Shown here: in pieces, positions 14,838-29,677 of the stretch
Layout: each line of letters starts with the position of its first letter
Numbering within the stretch: position 1 is the stretch's first letter
Assembly: GCA_002245135.1 (NCBI GenBank)
Contig: NGBS01000872.1
Coordinates: 124,001 to 188,000, forward strand
DNA: 64,000 nucleotides
Source of the DNA: Proteromonas lacertae
Taxonomy: Eukaryota
Direction of reading: 5' to 3'
Position numbers and translations under genes: made by a program
The notes under the pieces: generated by a model
The model's database searches: none
What the model was told of the DNA's origin: nothing
Seen by the model: the letters and a program-made list of their open reading frames with translations, nothing else

Positions 14838-17800
14838 CTATGGACATTCTGTCAACCATGCAAAACGAGGGAAGATCAATTTTGTATAATAAATAGCTCC
14901 TTCCTCAAATTGCAACTCAGAATTGAACTTAAGTTTAGATTTTTCTACTCCTTGGATATATATTGATTTTACATGTTCATTTTGTATCTTTTTATTGTTG
15001 AACATTAAATTAGTACATTGTATTAAATACAAAGCGATTTCTTGAGTATCTTGGAATAAATCTTTAACAAGAGGATAAGCTAATTTGCATTTCTTAGATA
15101 TACATTCTTCTATCACCTCTTTTTCCAACTCTTTATTAAATTCATCTAATTTCGTATAAGGCATTACACTAATTATTGATAATAGCAAGTATTTAATATT
15201 AACAGTATTAGCTGGAGCATCATATGAGTTTAATCTACTATATATCTTCAACATTTGTCTAAATTGACCATTAATACTCTTCATCTTCAAGACTTTCTTA
15301 ATATCATAAGCAGATAAATACATATTACACGGATCACTCTTATCTTTCTTCATTCTCTCTATTTCATCATCAATGATCTTCTTCAAAATAAGATATGTTA
15401 TATTATTGCTTACTATATAATCCATTAAAGCAGTCCATATCTTATATGAAATAATCTTTTCAGCATCAGCAACTCCTCCATTATGATACATCAATGGTTC
15501 AATTGGTTTCTCTTGAATATCAGCTTGTTTTAATGGATATACACATCTTTCACCTGGTGGTACATAATCACTAGATGCTGAAGTATCTAATGCCATTTTT
15601 TCAAATTCTTCATATGCAATTTCACCATCTCCATTAGAATCATAGATTGATATTAAATATTCTACTTCTTTACGACTTACTATGAAACCAGCACTTATAA
15701 ATAACTATATATATAATAATAATAATAATTAATATATACATGATAAATAACATATTTATCCATAGATCTTCTTTGGGCTAAATCCATTCTTTTAAATGCT
15801 GATTTAATCTCCTGTTTACTAAATGTTCTTTCAGTAATATCTGTTTCATCAACTTCACCATTATTATAACTCACTTCATTGATCTGTATAGCTTCATAAT
15901 CAAATTCACTTATATCTTTCTTATTCGTTCTATATCTCTCATCATAGCAATGAGCTGTACGATGTCTTTGAGGGAATTTCACTCCATTTGGTCCTTGGAA
16001 ATCTAACTTCAAATGTACTTCACCATGTGGACGATTCTGCTTCCACATATTCTCTTCTTTACCTAATGAAACCCACACATCAGTTGTACCTGTCTTATAA
16101 GTTGATTCTAATTTCAATTTACCTGTACCAATTAGTTCATTTTCTTCAGTATGTTTATCTACATGATATACTTCTACTATCATCATATCATGGTCAATTA
16201 TATCATATTTATAAGTCTCATTCCAGATCGGATCAGATCCTTTACTACCTTGATCAATAGCTTGAGTTTGAAAGAATGGACTGAATAAATCATCTGATTT
16301 AATACCATTAGCTATTACTTTACAATAAGGTATGAGTTTATCTTCATTCTTTAATGATAAATCTCTTGCTTCTAGTATATCTACTGTTAATATTCCAGCT
16401 GGATAGAATATAATAGACAATTCTATTTCTCCAATACAACTATCACCATTAAACACTTTGTAGAACGTATCAATTTCACCAGCTTCATACATAATGGACA
16501 AAATATCTAATTGACAATCTCCGAGTAATACTTCACCACTGTCAACACTAAATAATGACATAACAAAGTAGAAAAAGAATTAAAGAAACATAATTGTTAT
16601 ATATTATATATATTAAAATGATATGAAATTAGTCCAAGTATTATTGTTTATTACAAATGTATATTTATCATTATTATTAAATCTACCTGCATAACCATCA
16701 GTATTCACTATATCACCTCTTAATATTTGATTCTCACCAAACTATATAATAATAATAATAATAATAATATACTTTAAATTCTACACAAATATTTGATTTC
16801 TTAGTTACATCTAATAATCTCAAATTTTTATATCTCTTCAATTCAACTTCAATATATCCTTTCCTCAATGGTGTAAATAATGGTTCAAATCGTATCTTAC
16901 CATCTTTCTTCTTTTCACCAGAATCATTATATCTAAATAAATCAATTGTTTTTACATTTATATTCTGAGTATTACTGATTATATCTAAGATAGATAATCG
17001 ACATTCTCCCAATAATTCATCCGTTTCACTATCTATTATTTGTATATGCATATTCATATCATTGTTATTAATGAAATTACGAGGATTCTTTATATCAAAT
17101 GTTAAGATTTCTTTATTAAATTCAGGTGTAACTGTTGTATGTGCAAATATTGAACTTTCTTTAATTATTTTATTTGCATTATGACCTATTGATATCTGTA
17201 CATAAGGACTGATTAATCTGTTGGGACTATACAAATTAATAGCTTTAATTAATGTTATTGTTAATCTTCCAGCTCTTATATGGTATTTCTTTATTAATTC
17301 ATCAATTGTTAATACTCCATTAACTCTATTAGAACTTACTGTGGAGGTTGAATCTATAGTGGTGGATTCTTCAATGGATGTTCCACTTTCACTATTACTA
17401 CTGTTGCTGGTTGTCGTTCTAGTTCTAGTTGTGGTTGATAAAGTAGTTGTATTGTCATTGGATAAGGATTTTTTACTATCACTTTTGGATATTGATGTTG
17501 TTCTGGATGTTGTGGTTTGTGGTATTGGTTTATTCTTTGATGAAGTTGAAGAAGAGGAAGACTGTCTTTTAATCTCATCTTCTGATTCACTTTTCTTATC
17601 TTCTTCTTCTTCTTCTTCTTTTTCTTTGGGAAATTCTTGTTTCTTTTCTTCTGATTTTACTGAAGAACTCTTGTTTCCTGATTCTTGTGACGATTCACTT
17701 TTTCTTTCATCTGATTCTTCAGAATGTGAATGATTTTCTTGTTCATCACTATGATTACTTTTCTTTTCTTGATTTTCTATTTCTCTCTTTACTTCTTCTC

Positions 17801-18010
17801 CATCACTACTCTCTGATCCTATATTTCAATTATTAACATTTAAAAATATACCAGATAAACTTCCAGATCTAGATAATTCAGAACCACTGTATGAAGTCCC
17901 AGATCTACTAGCACTAGTTTCAGATCCAGAACTAGTTGAACCAGATGAACCTATAAATAATATCACAATATAATCTTACCAGAAACTGAGGATCCGCTAT
18001 TATCACTCAT
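14838..18010 (-). CDS. Multi-C2-domain protein with EF-hands
   Basis: Three C2-like segments (e.g. GILTVDILEARDL...PIWNETY) and an EF-hand (IDSNGDGEIAYEEF). Ser-rich/acidic N-terminus from ATG 18010. Confidence 0.8.
16568..16624 (-). other. U12-type AT-AC intron (57 nt) in the C2-domain gene
   Basis: 5' ATATCATTTT, branch TTTCTTTAAT, 3' ...TCTAC. Removal joins WTNF|FVMSLFSVD in frame and removes an in-frame TAA; no short GT-AG solution restores the frame. Confidence 0.75.
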
Positions 18011-18234
18011 TTTTTTAATACGTTGGCTCGAACAGAGTGGTTTGAAAGTTTTAGTCCTTTCTATTGATTTATATTTTGAAAATTAAATGTTCATAAAATG
18101 TTTACGTGTGATAAATAGATCATAATAACTATTCTTATATGTTTAGCAGGTAAAGAACTAAGCAAAGTAAGAATTTAAATTTTGTGGTCAACTCAGATCG
18201 TGAATCCTCAAATCAAGTTTTGCATTTTTCTTTT

Positions 18235-19632
18235 ATGACACAAAACATAAAACCAATACGTATATTCCATTATGCTTATGCTTTTATAGCTGACCAAATT
18301 GGGAGGGAACAATTTGAAAAGTATCTCAAAGAAAATCCTGCCGAAAGACAATTACTTTATGCCTTTGAAACAAAGCTGAAAAGAAAGTATTTATATATTG
18401 AGTAATGTATAGTGAATTTCAAAGATCAGTTACTATCGCTCAAGGAACATTACAGACAATGATTGAAGTTGTATTATTAAATCGAATATTAAATTGATAG
18501 ATCAAATCATTTGAGAGAATAAAGCCAAATCCTTCCAAATTATTAGGATATATACTTGCTTTAGGAAATCATCTAATAAATTCCAATCCCAAACGTATAA
18601 ACATATATTATATAAAATAACCAATAGAATTCATTGTATCAAATATTGTAAGAATAATACTAAAACTCTCAAACGAAGCAATCATTGACAAACACAACGA
18701 ATTTGAATCACCTACTAAAACACCAATATCAACTCCCAAAACTACTACACCACCAGGTTCTCAAACCTTTACGTTCGCCTATCAATCAAAAGAAGAATTA
18801 CCAGCCTTGACAAGATCCTTTTCAGTAAGGGCAATTCATTTTGACCAGCCTTATCATGGTATTATTAAGAAGATAGTTGGATTAGTGACAGATTTTGCTA
18901 AAGAGATATTGACAGATGATGATGTTGATTTATCAGCTGAAAATACATATGCTACTGATCATATACATCAAAAGTATATATATAATTATTATTTATAGTG
19001 AAATTATAATGACATTTGGTTATTCAACATCAGTATTAAGATATTTAAAAGCAGCTGCAATTCATAGAAACTTTGAAGTGTATGTTGTAGAATCATCACC
19101 CAGTTATTGTGGTAGAGAAATGGCTAAAGATTTAATAAAAGCGATGGATATTAAAAAGAAAGTAACAATTACATTAATCCATGATAATGAAGTATATACA
19201 ATAATGGCAAGAGTGAATAAAGTAATAGTTGGTGCTAGTTATGTAACTGCTGATGGTGGATTCTTTGGTTTAGCAGGAATGAATATAGTTACACTCTCAG
19301 CTAAAGCATTTGCAGTTCCTGTTATTTGTATTGTTCCAATCTATAAAGTATCTATATTTCTATTATATTAATAGATGTGTCCTTTGTATTGTCATGATGT
19401 TGATTCATTTATTGAAACATTATCTCCATTACAAATCATGTCACAATCTGAGATGGATTGTCCTCTTGATAAAGTTACATTTATTAATCCAGCATTAGAT
19501 TATGTTACTCCTGATAATATTTCTTTATATATAACACCAAGTGGTGATGCTTTACCTTCTTATATATATAGAATATTAAGTGATTATTATTCATTTGAAG
19601 ATGAATTAAAAATATCAACTACAATGGATTAA
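18235..19632 (+). CDS. EIF2B2: Translation initiation factor eIF2B beta subunit
   Basis: DHIHQ.EIIMTFGYSTSV, FEVYVVESSP, IMARVNKVIVG, NPALDYVTPDNISLYIT...PSYIYRILSDYY. Confidence 0.9.
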
Positions 19633-19751
19633 TTATTATTGTTATTATTAATCTAATAAAATTTTTGTTTTGATGATTTTTGTTTTGAAAATAAAAATAA
19701 CATAAAATAAAAAAACCTAGTAACTAAATTGATAAATAAAATAAAAGAATT

Positions 19752-21180
19752 CTATTTATTGTCAATAGAAGAATATAATAAAATATATCCTGTTGAATCA
19801 ATTTTACCATCTTTCAAACAAGTTCCATAAGGCAAATAGGGATAATAATTAATCTATTATAAATATACATAATATATATACATTAACATTATGATCATCT
19901 AATATAATATACTTATTTCCATCATCTACTGTACAAACATAATGACCTGATAAACCACTATGACCAATATGAACAATTGTTCCACTTAATATATAATGCG
20001 GTGAAATACAATCATCATCTAAACTCTGTATTGGAACTCTTAGACTGTATGGATATAAAACTCTTGAACATAATTTCTCCAAGTCTTTTATCTTATCATT
20101 ATATTTGAATCTTTTAATATGAATAATTAGTAATGGAGGTAGTTTTGATATTCTAATTGATTTTTCAGCATCTTGAAGACTATTACATTTCTGACAGAAA
20201 AATTGATTTGATCCATTCAGATGTTCAACATCACAATACTTTCTTAAAGAATCAGTCAAAGATACATTTGGAACAACATCAACAGATAAATGTAGAAAAG
20301 TCTCTTTAGAAACAGATATATTATTGCAAGTCAAACATTTCACAGTTGATACAATAGTACCTTCAAATAAATCTTCAATAAATGTCTTTATATTATTACT
20401 ATTAGTTGTTGTTGTTGTTGTTGTTGTTGTAGAATTATTTGTCAAAGTTGGTGATGATGTTTGAGGAGGAGTGTTTGATATATCAATTGGTATTTCGATT
20501 TCTGGTTGTAAAACACATGACTTTGACTGCGATCCAACTAATGCATTCCTATCATTATCCGATGATGGAGGTGGTAGTGATCTTGGTGTATCATTATTAC
20601 AGTATCTATCATTCTCATCAACTTCAACTTCAACTTCCTCTTCTTCACCTCCTTCTTCTTCACCTTCACCACTATTCTCTTGTTCTAGTTGTAGTGTAGT
20701 ATCTTTTAATCTTCTTTTACTATTATTACTATGATTATTCTTTTCTTGTTTGGTTATTGATGATTTTATTGTATCTGAAATATCATTTAATAAATACATT
20801 AAGAATTCATGTGCATCTTGTTGTTCTGATGAGCCAAACATGTGTGATTTATTAAATATTGAAGATATAAATGATCTAGGGCTCACATAAGTGTCATTAT
20901 CAACATAAAGTACTGACAATTCATTAAAAGTCTCATATAAAAGATATCCTAAATCTTCTTCATCTCCATCATTAGCTCTTTCCTTTTGAATATGACAATA
21001 TTGCTCCTCTATCTTAATTCTAAATGAGTCACAATAATAAAGCAATTGTATTACTGAATTCGCATAACAGGTACATCCATAATTTCTAAGACCTATGTAG
21101 AACCTTTTTCTTGGAGGAGGTAGTTGTTTTACTTGTTTATGAGAATTAATGTTATTAGGTATAGATACAGAACCTCCCAT
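19752..21180 (-). CDS. Ubiquitin-specific protease, USP12/46-like
   Basis: GLRNYGCTCYANSVIQ Cys box, QQDAHEFL, HIGHSGLSGHY His box; N-terminal MGGSVS resembles a myristoylation motif. Confidence 0.85.
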
Positions 21181-21358
21181 TTAGATAATAATGTGCAGAT
21201 TGTCTATTCACTACAATGGAAGTGTATAAATCATAAAATTCAAAAAATATAAATTAGTAACGGATTATTTTCTTTCGTTTTTAAAAACACTCAAAATCTT
21301 TTTTAACTACATACCATTCACAACAATTTCATAAAATTTTTATGTACATTATAACTAT

Positions 21359-21541
21359 TTAACTAAAAAAGCCAAAAAAACTCCACGAACCTTGTGAAGA
21401 ATCATCTTTGGAATTATAATCATCATTATCATCATCTGCTGACATTAATCCAGCAGATCTCATCACATTTATTTCTTTTAACAACCTATTAACATCTCTT
21501 TCCAATTCAGCAATTCTTTCAGATCTAATTATCAAAATATA

Positions 21542-21579
<38 letters not shown>

Positions 21580-22514
21580 CTTTTGTGTTAGACTATCCAT
21601 CAACACTTGTTCCATTGTTTGATACTGTTCCAAATCACTATTATTCTTTTGTATAATCCTTTTAGATTCTTCTAATTTCTTTAATAAATAATTATAATCA
21701 TTTGTATCAGTATTGTTGTTGCTACTATTGCTGTTGTTTATTTGTATTGATAATGATGGAATAAATGATAATGTAGTAGGCATAGTATAAGATAAATTAT
21801 GCTTTATATTTCTATTATTATTTGATTTGTTAAGTTTTGAATCGTTGATTAATTGTAGTATTTGTTTTTGACACATTTCATATTGTATTTTCAACTTATT
21901 AAACTGTTCATTTAGCTTATTATATTCTATTTTATCCTTATGTGATTGTTCTTGTAATATTGACTGATATTCTGTATTCGTAACCCAATCAATACCATTT
22001 ATATTGACAGGAGGACCTAGTAAAGATAATGTAGATTGATATTGAAGATGTAAGTCTGATAATGATTGAATAACTCTTTCTATAGCTTCTTGTTGTGGTT
22101 TAACGACTGATGGAGATATGGATATAGTTGTATCTATTACATTGGATATTCTATTTATTAGTGTTTTCTCTAAATCACAGATTGAATTGTAGTATCTTTC
22201 TAACATATCCCAGATTGTAGTAGGATCGATCTTAAAATATATATTAATATTATTTATACACTTTGGACAAAATCTAGGAGTGAGGTTTGAGTATTTTCAT
22301 CTACTATTTCTGTATTTGATAATTTTAATACTTCTTCAGTTTGTGTGGAATTTTCATTTAGTAAATTAACTATTTCTGGATATTTTATTTTGAAGTTTTG
22401 TTGAATATTACTAACTAAATGCTTTACTTCGTCCATATTTTCCTTATATAATGAGAATGCATTCTTTCCATAGGCTAACAACTGTGAGTTGTAGGATTTG
22501 AATTCTACAGACAT
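21359..22514 (-). CDS. Hypothetical coiled-coil protein
   Basis: ORFs 22254-22517 and 21532-22206 linked by GT-AG introns; last exon ends GSWSFFGFFS*. Confidence 0.55.
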
Positions 22515-22694
22515 CAAAAAAGTGCAATTTATTAAAAATTAAAAATAGGTTTATCAAAATTTTCGAAACACCATCATATTTTCATTCTTTGATATACAAT
22601 GATATTCACTTTCATTTTCTTGTTTTTTAAAGTTTTATGTTATACAAACACAACATATGTTAAATAAAATGAAAAGAATTATATAAATGTAAAC

Positions 22695-23704
22695 CTAAAA
22701 AACAGATCTTTTTATAACTAATTTTTTATATCTAGCATCCATATACTTATCCCTAACAGAAGGATCTGGAGAAATACTATATATAGAAGCTTCTTTTTTT
22801 CTTCTATTATGCTTCATTGATCGATAATAACTTGATAATACCGAATAAACATCAACTTCTCTTGTTGTTAATTGCAAAGCAATCATTTCAGGAAATAAAT
22901 TCTTTAATAATTTTTCTCTGAAGTAAAATGCACCTTCTACTAATTCTTTAATTTCATGGCACATTAAAATAAAACAACTTTTATTAAATTGGTATTTTGG
23001 AGGTAATGCATATTTATGAATCATATCTTCAAATGTTTTGGGAAATTTATCAATATATTGACCTGCTTCTTTTCTTAATTCACAATATTCATCTGCATCT
23101 ATTATTTCATTACAATTTGTATCTAGTAGAACAAACAGTAAATGAACTAATTCTGTTCTTGAAATAAACATTATATAACATGTTATTAATAGAAATTCAC
23201 TCCAATCTACATTGTTATTATAATCAATATCATATAAAAAAAATAGAGCTTCACCAAAAAATTGTTCTTTTAAGGTTAATACTTTTAAAAAGTGAGGTAA
23301 ATCAAAGGTATTTTTACCTAATCCACAAATGTAGTGGAAGTATTTATAAATAGTCTGTAAATCTTGAGGTTTTGCTTCTAGTAGTGTAGTGAGCTTCTTT
23401 GCATCATCTGAAAGTAAGTCTATTGGATTATCGAAGCAAATAAACTTATATCTTAAAAATGCTGGTGGCTATATAATGTAAAACTCAATAATAAATACTT
23501 GCCAACCATTCTTCACTGTTACATCCATTGCTTCAAATGAACTAGCAACAGCAACTAAACATATTATATCTCATAAGAATACACGAAATATTTCTGTTCT
23601 GTATAATAGCATCATTATCCGGAACAAATTCTTCAACCTAAATCGAATTGAGTAACCTTTTCTTCTGTTCCACTGTTTTTAGAGATCTTTCTACTGTCGT
23701 TCAT
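22695..23704 (-). CDS. EF-hand protein (calcineurin B/recoverin-like fold)
   Basis: DIDYNNNVDWSEF and LDTNCNEIIDADEY loops. Start codon uncertain. Confidence 0.6.
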
Positions 23705-23814
23705 AATTTAATGTCTATAATCTAATGAACATGTGATTTGAAGGTTTATAAAAGTTTTGAAACGCTTAAAAAGCTTGACTATGTCAAACCTTTAGATGTT
23801 TAAATAAATCCTTA

Positions 23815-25332
23815 ATGCAGAGCCAAATACAGAACGCAGATAGGATTAAACTGTCTCACACACATCTTATAAATGTACCGGATCTAACTCAATATAAAAA
23901 TCTGCTGGAACTTGACTTGTCATCGAATAAGGTATATTAATAATATAAAAATTAATAGATCTCATCAATTGCAAATATAAGTCCGTTAAATACACTTATA
24001 TACTTTAATATCTCAAATAACGATTTAGAATCACTTCATGGATGTGAGAAGATGCCTAATCTGCGCAAATTAAATGCACACGGAAATAAAATTCAAAGAA
24101 TCACCGGATTAGATAAATGTAAGCTAATAGAATATATAGATCTTTCAAACAATGCTCTTCTCACTTTTTCTGTATAATATATTACTTATTATAATCACAT
24201 TTAGCTGTCAACCAAATCATTAAAAGTATTATCACTTTCCAATAATAATTTAACTACCATTCCTTCCTTAAATCATTGCACAAAACTAAATGTATTTTAT
24301 ATTATTGTTTATTAGTATATTTTATAGATAATAAATCTTGATAATAACCTTATATCCACACTCACCACAATGTATCCATCCCTATCGTCCAATATATCCA
24401 CTTTTTCTATAAAAAATAACTCAATAAATAAAGTATAAATTTGAGTTTATTGTTAATATTAATAGATTCCTGAATTAGTATTTCTTAAACATTATAATCA
24501 CTTATTGTCGTTATCACTGGAAAATAATCCGTTATTTTTATCATTTAAAGAACATGCCCTTAGTTATAAACCTCTATTGTATTGTTTTGTACCAACACTG
24601 AAAGTATAAATAATATTTATATATATTTTCATTAGTTTATTGATTCTCATCCTTTATCTCATGAAGAATGTGAATTTAGTCGTGAATTAATAAATAAAGG
24701 TATATTCACAATGTTAGATGGAGATAATACAAAAATAATAGGTTTTATTCTAGCTAATTCAACAAGAAGGAAAAGTATTTTACAAGTAAAATCACCAAGT
24801 ATATATATATATTTAGTAATTATTTTTTTTGTATTGATTTGTAGGAAATCCAGTACCAGCAAATATAAGATCAATATTATTAGAACTACGAAGACTACAT
24901 GATGTTATTGATAGAACAACTACTCGAGTATCAGATACTTATTCAGAATATGATGATAGTAATATCAATTTTTCATACAAATATGATTTATTATATAAAT
25001 TATATTCAAATGAAATATTATCAAAGTCATATTCTGTATTCTATCCAAATACTCAAGAGGAAAAATGCATATTGAAATGTCAATCATGGTTCAGAGGTGT
25101 ATATTCAAGGAAAATAGTGAATTTATATAAACTCTATGAAAGATCAGTAGTTACTATACAGAAAGTATACAGAGGTCATTTAGCAAGAATAAAGCATGAT
25201 ATTAGAACACCTACGCCTACGTTAAATATATATACACATAAGGAAATATCATATCTAAGAAGAAGAATCGCATATTTAGAAAAGTTGTGTAACTTTCAAG
25301 GAAGTATAATAGATAAATTACTTGCAAAGTAA
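23815..25332 (+). CDS. LRR + IQ-motif protein, CEP97-like
   Basis: SDS22-type LRRs (LLELDLSSNK, LRKLNAHGNKI), LRR cap (LENNP...YKPLLYCFVPTLK), IQ motifs (CQSWFRGVYSR, IQKVYRGHLAR) and a short coiled coil. Confidence 0.6.
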
Positions 25333-25435
25333 TATATAATTATCTTTTTTTAATGTTATTTATATTTTTCTGTATAATGTCTGTTTTTTGTTTGTCTAAT
25401 TCTTTATAAAAATATATTCGTTTCACTATTATTAA

Positions 25436-26120
25436 ATGACAAATTCTGGCTATTTACTAATACATAATGTGTCTAAAAAGAAGAATATTGGAAATCTAGT
25501 AAGAAGTGCTGTTGCTTTTGGGATGAAAGAAGTATGAATGATACATTCATTATCAATATTATAGGTTATAGTTGTAGGTCCAATGAAATATGAATTATAT
25601 GGAGCTCATGGATCTGATAAACACATTCTAATAAAACATTTCTTCAAATTAGAAGAAGCAAAGAAATACTTGGAAGATAATGGAATTAAATTATGTGGTG
25701 TTGAAATACTCCCAGAGTCAAAAGATGTTACAACACATCCATTTACTGGAGATACTGCATTTATGCTTGGAAATGAAGTATTTTTCGTTTTTATTAATTC
25801 GTTAGGGAACTGGATTATCAGAAAAACAAATAGCAGCATGTGATCAATTTGTATATATACCTCAATATGGTAAAGGAACAGCTTCATTGAATGTAACTGT
25901 TGCTGGATCAATAATAATGCATCATTTTGCATTATGGGCTAATTTTAAAGAGACAGAAAGACAAAGTGATTGTGCAAAATTCTATGTAGAACCAGTAGAA
26001 CAAAATATGCTGGTAAATGAAGAGATTCATAAAGCAAGGTTGGAAAAGAAAGATAAAGAAGCAGATATAGAATGCATAAATAATTTATATGATGATGATG
26101 ATGAAGATAATGATGTGTAA
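25436..26120 (+). CDS. SpoU/TrmH family RNA methyltransferase
   Basis: HNVSKKKNIGNLVRSAVAFG, AFMLGNEGTG, GTASLNVTVAGSI. Confidence 0.9.
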
Positions 26121-26196
26121 TTATTTATTTATTAAAATATATATTAAGAAGAAAAACTACAATAAAAAAATGAAATTAATAATACTACATTAATAT

Positions 26197-26904
26197 TTAT
26201 TTATCATCTACTTTAGCATCATCAAGAACGGTATCATTCAATAAATCCATTACTGATGTATAAAAGTCTTTATTTGGTGAATTTTTATATTGAAAACCTA
26301 ATGAACAAGCTTCTTTAAACACTTTCACCACATTTGTACCATCTGCTGCTGAAGCATAATGTAAAGGTAAACCATGTTCTGATGCAAATCGGAATGACTT
26401 TGTAGTTACTTCGTAATTAACATCTATTTTGTTTGCTACAACTAAACAGGGAATCTGTTCACAGTAATTTCGTAATTCTTTGTACCAATCTTCAAGATGT
26501 TTGTATGTTAATTTACGAGTAACATCAAAAACAAGAATGCAAGCATGTGCTCCAAAATAATAAGAAGGATGCATACTTGAAAATCTTTCTTGACCAGCTG
26601 TATCCCAAAAGTCTATATATAATCATTACAATAAGCTAAATAATACCAACTAAAACATTCTTTCCTTCAATATCTATCTCGTGACGAAATAATGTAAGAG
26701 CGTATGTAGATAACTATATATAATACAAATATAGAATACTTGACGTGGATGATAGTCATTCATAAGGTATCGTTCAACCAATTTTGTTTTACCAACAGCA
26801 GAATCACCCAAAAGAATAACCTTAACATCAGCCTCCTTCTCAGTATCTCCTTCCACTATAATAATTTATTATATGATGTACAATATACATTTAGCTTCTG
26901 CCAT
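26197..26904 (-). CDS. RABL2: Rab-like GTPase RABL2
   Basis: VKVILLGDSAVGKTKLVERYL, FWDTAGQERFSSMHPSYY, HACILVFDVTRKLTYKHL, ANKID, SAADGTNVV are typical RABL2 signatures. Confidence 0.88.
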
Positions 26905-27003
26905 ACTACTTATTCAAAAATTGATTTTTAAATCCAAAAAAGCTTGAGAAGATAAACTCGACTTGAGGTAATCAAACTTATTTATTATTTTTGTTTATAA
27001 TTC

Positions 27004-27899
27004 ATGCTATTAAGAATATTAGCCAATATAAAACCAATTGTTAATAAACCAACACAATATAGATCGTATATAATAATATATAATTAAGTAGATTGATAAT
27101 ATCAAATCAAAAATGTTTCGTACATGTTAAAGCATCACATATTGCTAATGTATAGATTTAATTATAACAAATAGTCGTTACATCCAATTGATGCAATTAA
27201 AAAAGCACAATCAGAATCAAAAAGGAAGTTTGACGAAAGTGTTGATATAGATGTTATATTAGGTATTGATCCAAGAAAACCTGGACAAAATATTAGATGT
27301 CAAGCTGAAGTATTTAATTTTATTGATTAAAATCATATAGATGCCTTTTGGAACAGGTAAGAAAGTATCGGTATGTGCATTTGCTCCAGAAGATATGAAA
27401 GAAAAAATAATAGAAGCTGGTGCTAAATTTGGAGATGAGAAAGTAATAGAAGAAATTCAAAAAGGAAATATTGATTTTACTTCCTGTTTAGCAACTCCTA
27501 CATCAATGAAACTATTAAAACCAGTAGCTAGAGTATATACTTATTATATATTATCATGATTAGATACTTGGTCCAAAAGGATTAATGCCAAATGCCAAAT
27601 CAGGAACATTAGGAAAAGATATAATCGAATTAATAAAGAAATCTCAACATGGCACTGTAGAGTTACGTGTAGATAAAACCGGTATTATCCATTGTTCAAT
27701 TGGTAAAGTATCGTTCCCAGCTGATAGTTTAATTGGTAATTTTAAATCAATTGTTGAGACATTGTTTGCTCATAAACCTGCAACAACTCAGAAGTTTATA
27801 GTAAGTGCTAGTGTATGTACAACACAAGGTAAAAGTGTGTTTATGAATGCAAAATACCTCGATCCTAGAACAAAATTATACATGAGCAAGTTAGAATAA
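27004..27899 (+). CDS. MRPL1: Mitochondrial ribosomal protein uL1m
   Basis: Basic N-terminal presequence-like segment; KFDESVDI...LGIDPRK; LGPKGLMPNAKSGT; RVDKTGIIHCSIGKVSF. Confidence 0.9.
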
Positions 27900-28092
27900 A
27901 TAAAAATAATCAATTTTTCTATTTTATTGTTATTTTATTTTTATTTTTATTAAATTGATAATTATCATAAACAAACACACATTTATATAATAAATATATA
28001 TATTAGAAACATTAAAAGAAAAATTGAGTTTGTTAAAAACAGAACATATATATATATATATGTATATATAAAATCTCTCTCTCTCTCTCTGT

Positions 28093-29407
28093 CTATAGTA
28101 GATGCTTATCATCCACTAGTTTGGCTATAATATTATTATTTTTACACCTTATAAACTCCTTCCAACTTATCCATTTATAATTAAAAGTATTTTTATAATA
28201 ATCTGATTGAATAGATGAGGAAGGTATTATAGTTTTTATAAATATAATATTCTTACCATCATCTTGAATAGTGTTATGATATATTTCACATGAATCTAAC
28301 AAATGAAGCTTTGGAATATTAAATTCATTTTCTAATAGATTATTAATACAATCTAAATGAGTTATATTGTTGTTGTTGTTATTATATTGCACTTCTGGTA
28401 AAGATATAATTCCATCTGAATTTATATGAATGTAGATATTATTATTATTTAATAATAATAATTCTAACAGAGTCACATCTTCATTAAAAACAGTTCGAAA
28501 TGATGGAATTGATTCTAAACAATTATCTTTCATCATATTAAATGAAGTTGAAGGTAAAAATTGAAATGACATGTTTGTATTGGTCATTGAATTATTTCTA
28601 ATTACTGAAAAGGAAGAACCAATAGAATGATCGAATGATGTCATTGTAAAACTATTTCCTGTATTCATATTAGTATATAATGAAGTACTTAATTGTCTTT
28701 GTTGTTGTTGATTATTATTATTAATATTATGTTGGTTGAATGAATTATCATTTAATAATATTGATGGTGGTGCTGGCAGTTGTACTGAATCTTGTTGGTT
28801 TGTATCTTTTTGTCTTTTTGCTTTACTGAAGAAATTACTATCATTTATATTTAATGTTGATTTATTTCTAGTTGAATTATTCTTCTTGTCGTATGATTTG
28901 AATATTTCATCTACATTGTCTATTTGCTTTATTAGCGGATGACCACTTTCTGGACTTGGCGGAAATGTTTGGATGATTTCTGAAGTATCTTCTGAATCAC
29001 ATCTTCTGAATATCGCTGCTACTGGTTGATTAAATGGATTAGCTATTTCTAATAAATGATCTTCCATTGGTTTTGAAAAATCGATTACACTGTCACAGAG
29101 CAATGAATCATCCTAAATAATCATATACTAATTCAGAAATACCTTTTCTTCGTAGGCCTTCAAATCTTTATCCATCAAAATCAAGTCATACTGAAGATCT
29201 TCATTTTTCTTTTTCAGATTCGCATTAGAATCTTCTAGTTTTAATATTTTCGACTTTAATCTTTCAACTTCTCTCTATTTTAATATAATAAACCATTATT
29301 ACTTCTAAAAACTCAATTTTCTCCCTTTTACTTGAACGTCTTCTCTTTTTGGGCTCTATAAGACCACATATCAATGAATTTATACCTTTATGTGTTACTT
29401 CTTCCAT
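28093..29407 (-). CDS. Hypothetical protein (coiled-coil N-terminus, Asn-rich)
   Basis: ORF 28093-29103 plus upstream exons joined by GT-AG introns; no recognised domain. Confidence 0.5.
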
Positions 29408-29677
29408 ATTGAATGAGCTTTTAATGAAATTATTAAAAACCCGCCCAAACCTCAAGCTGAATTGTTTTTATTTATTCAATATCTTATTAGTTATAAACTA
29501 AATTATTTATTTTATTATTTCAAACATTTGAATAGCATTGATTATATCGTTTTATACAATTGCTATTGATTATTGAAATTAATAAGCAAAAACAATTATC
29601 AAAACAGATTGAATTACACACTTAATTATCTATTTTTGCAAAGAAAATGGAAAATTTTGTTCGAATATCACTTTTAA

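Noticed and set aside
17221..17733. Plus-strand ORF, and similar antisense or off-frame ORFs (e.g. 20471-20734, 32625-32996, 35063-35293)
   Set aside because: Shadows of real genes on the other strand or frame, caused by low-complexity or biased codon usage.
23781..23820. TCCTTAAT...CAG before the CEP97-like gene as a U12 intron
   Set aside because: No U12-type donor upstream; ATG 23815 explains the frame.
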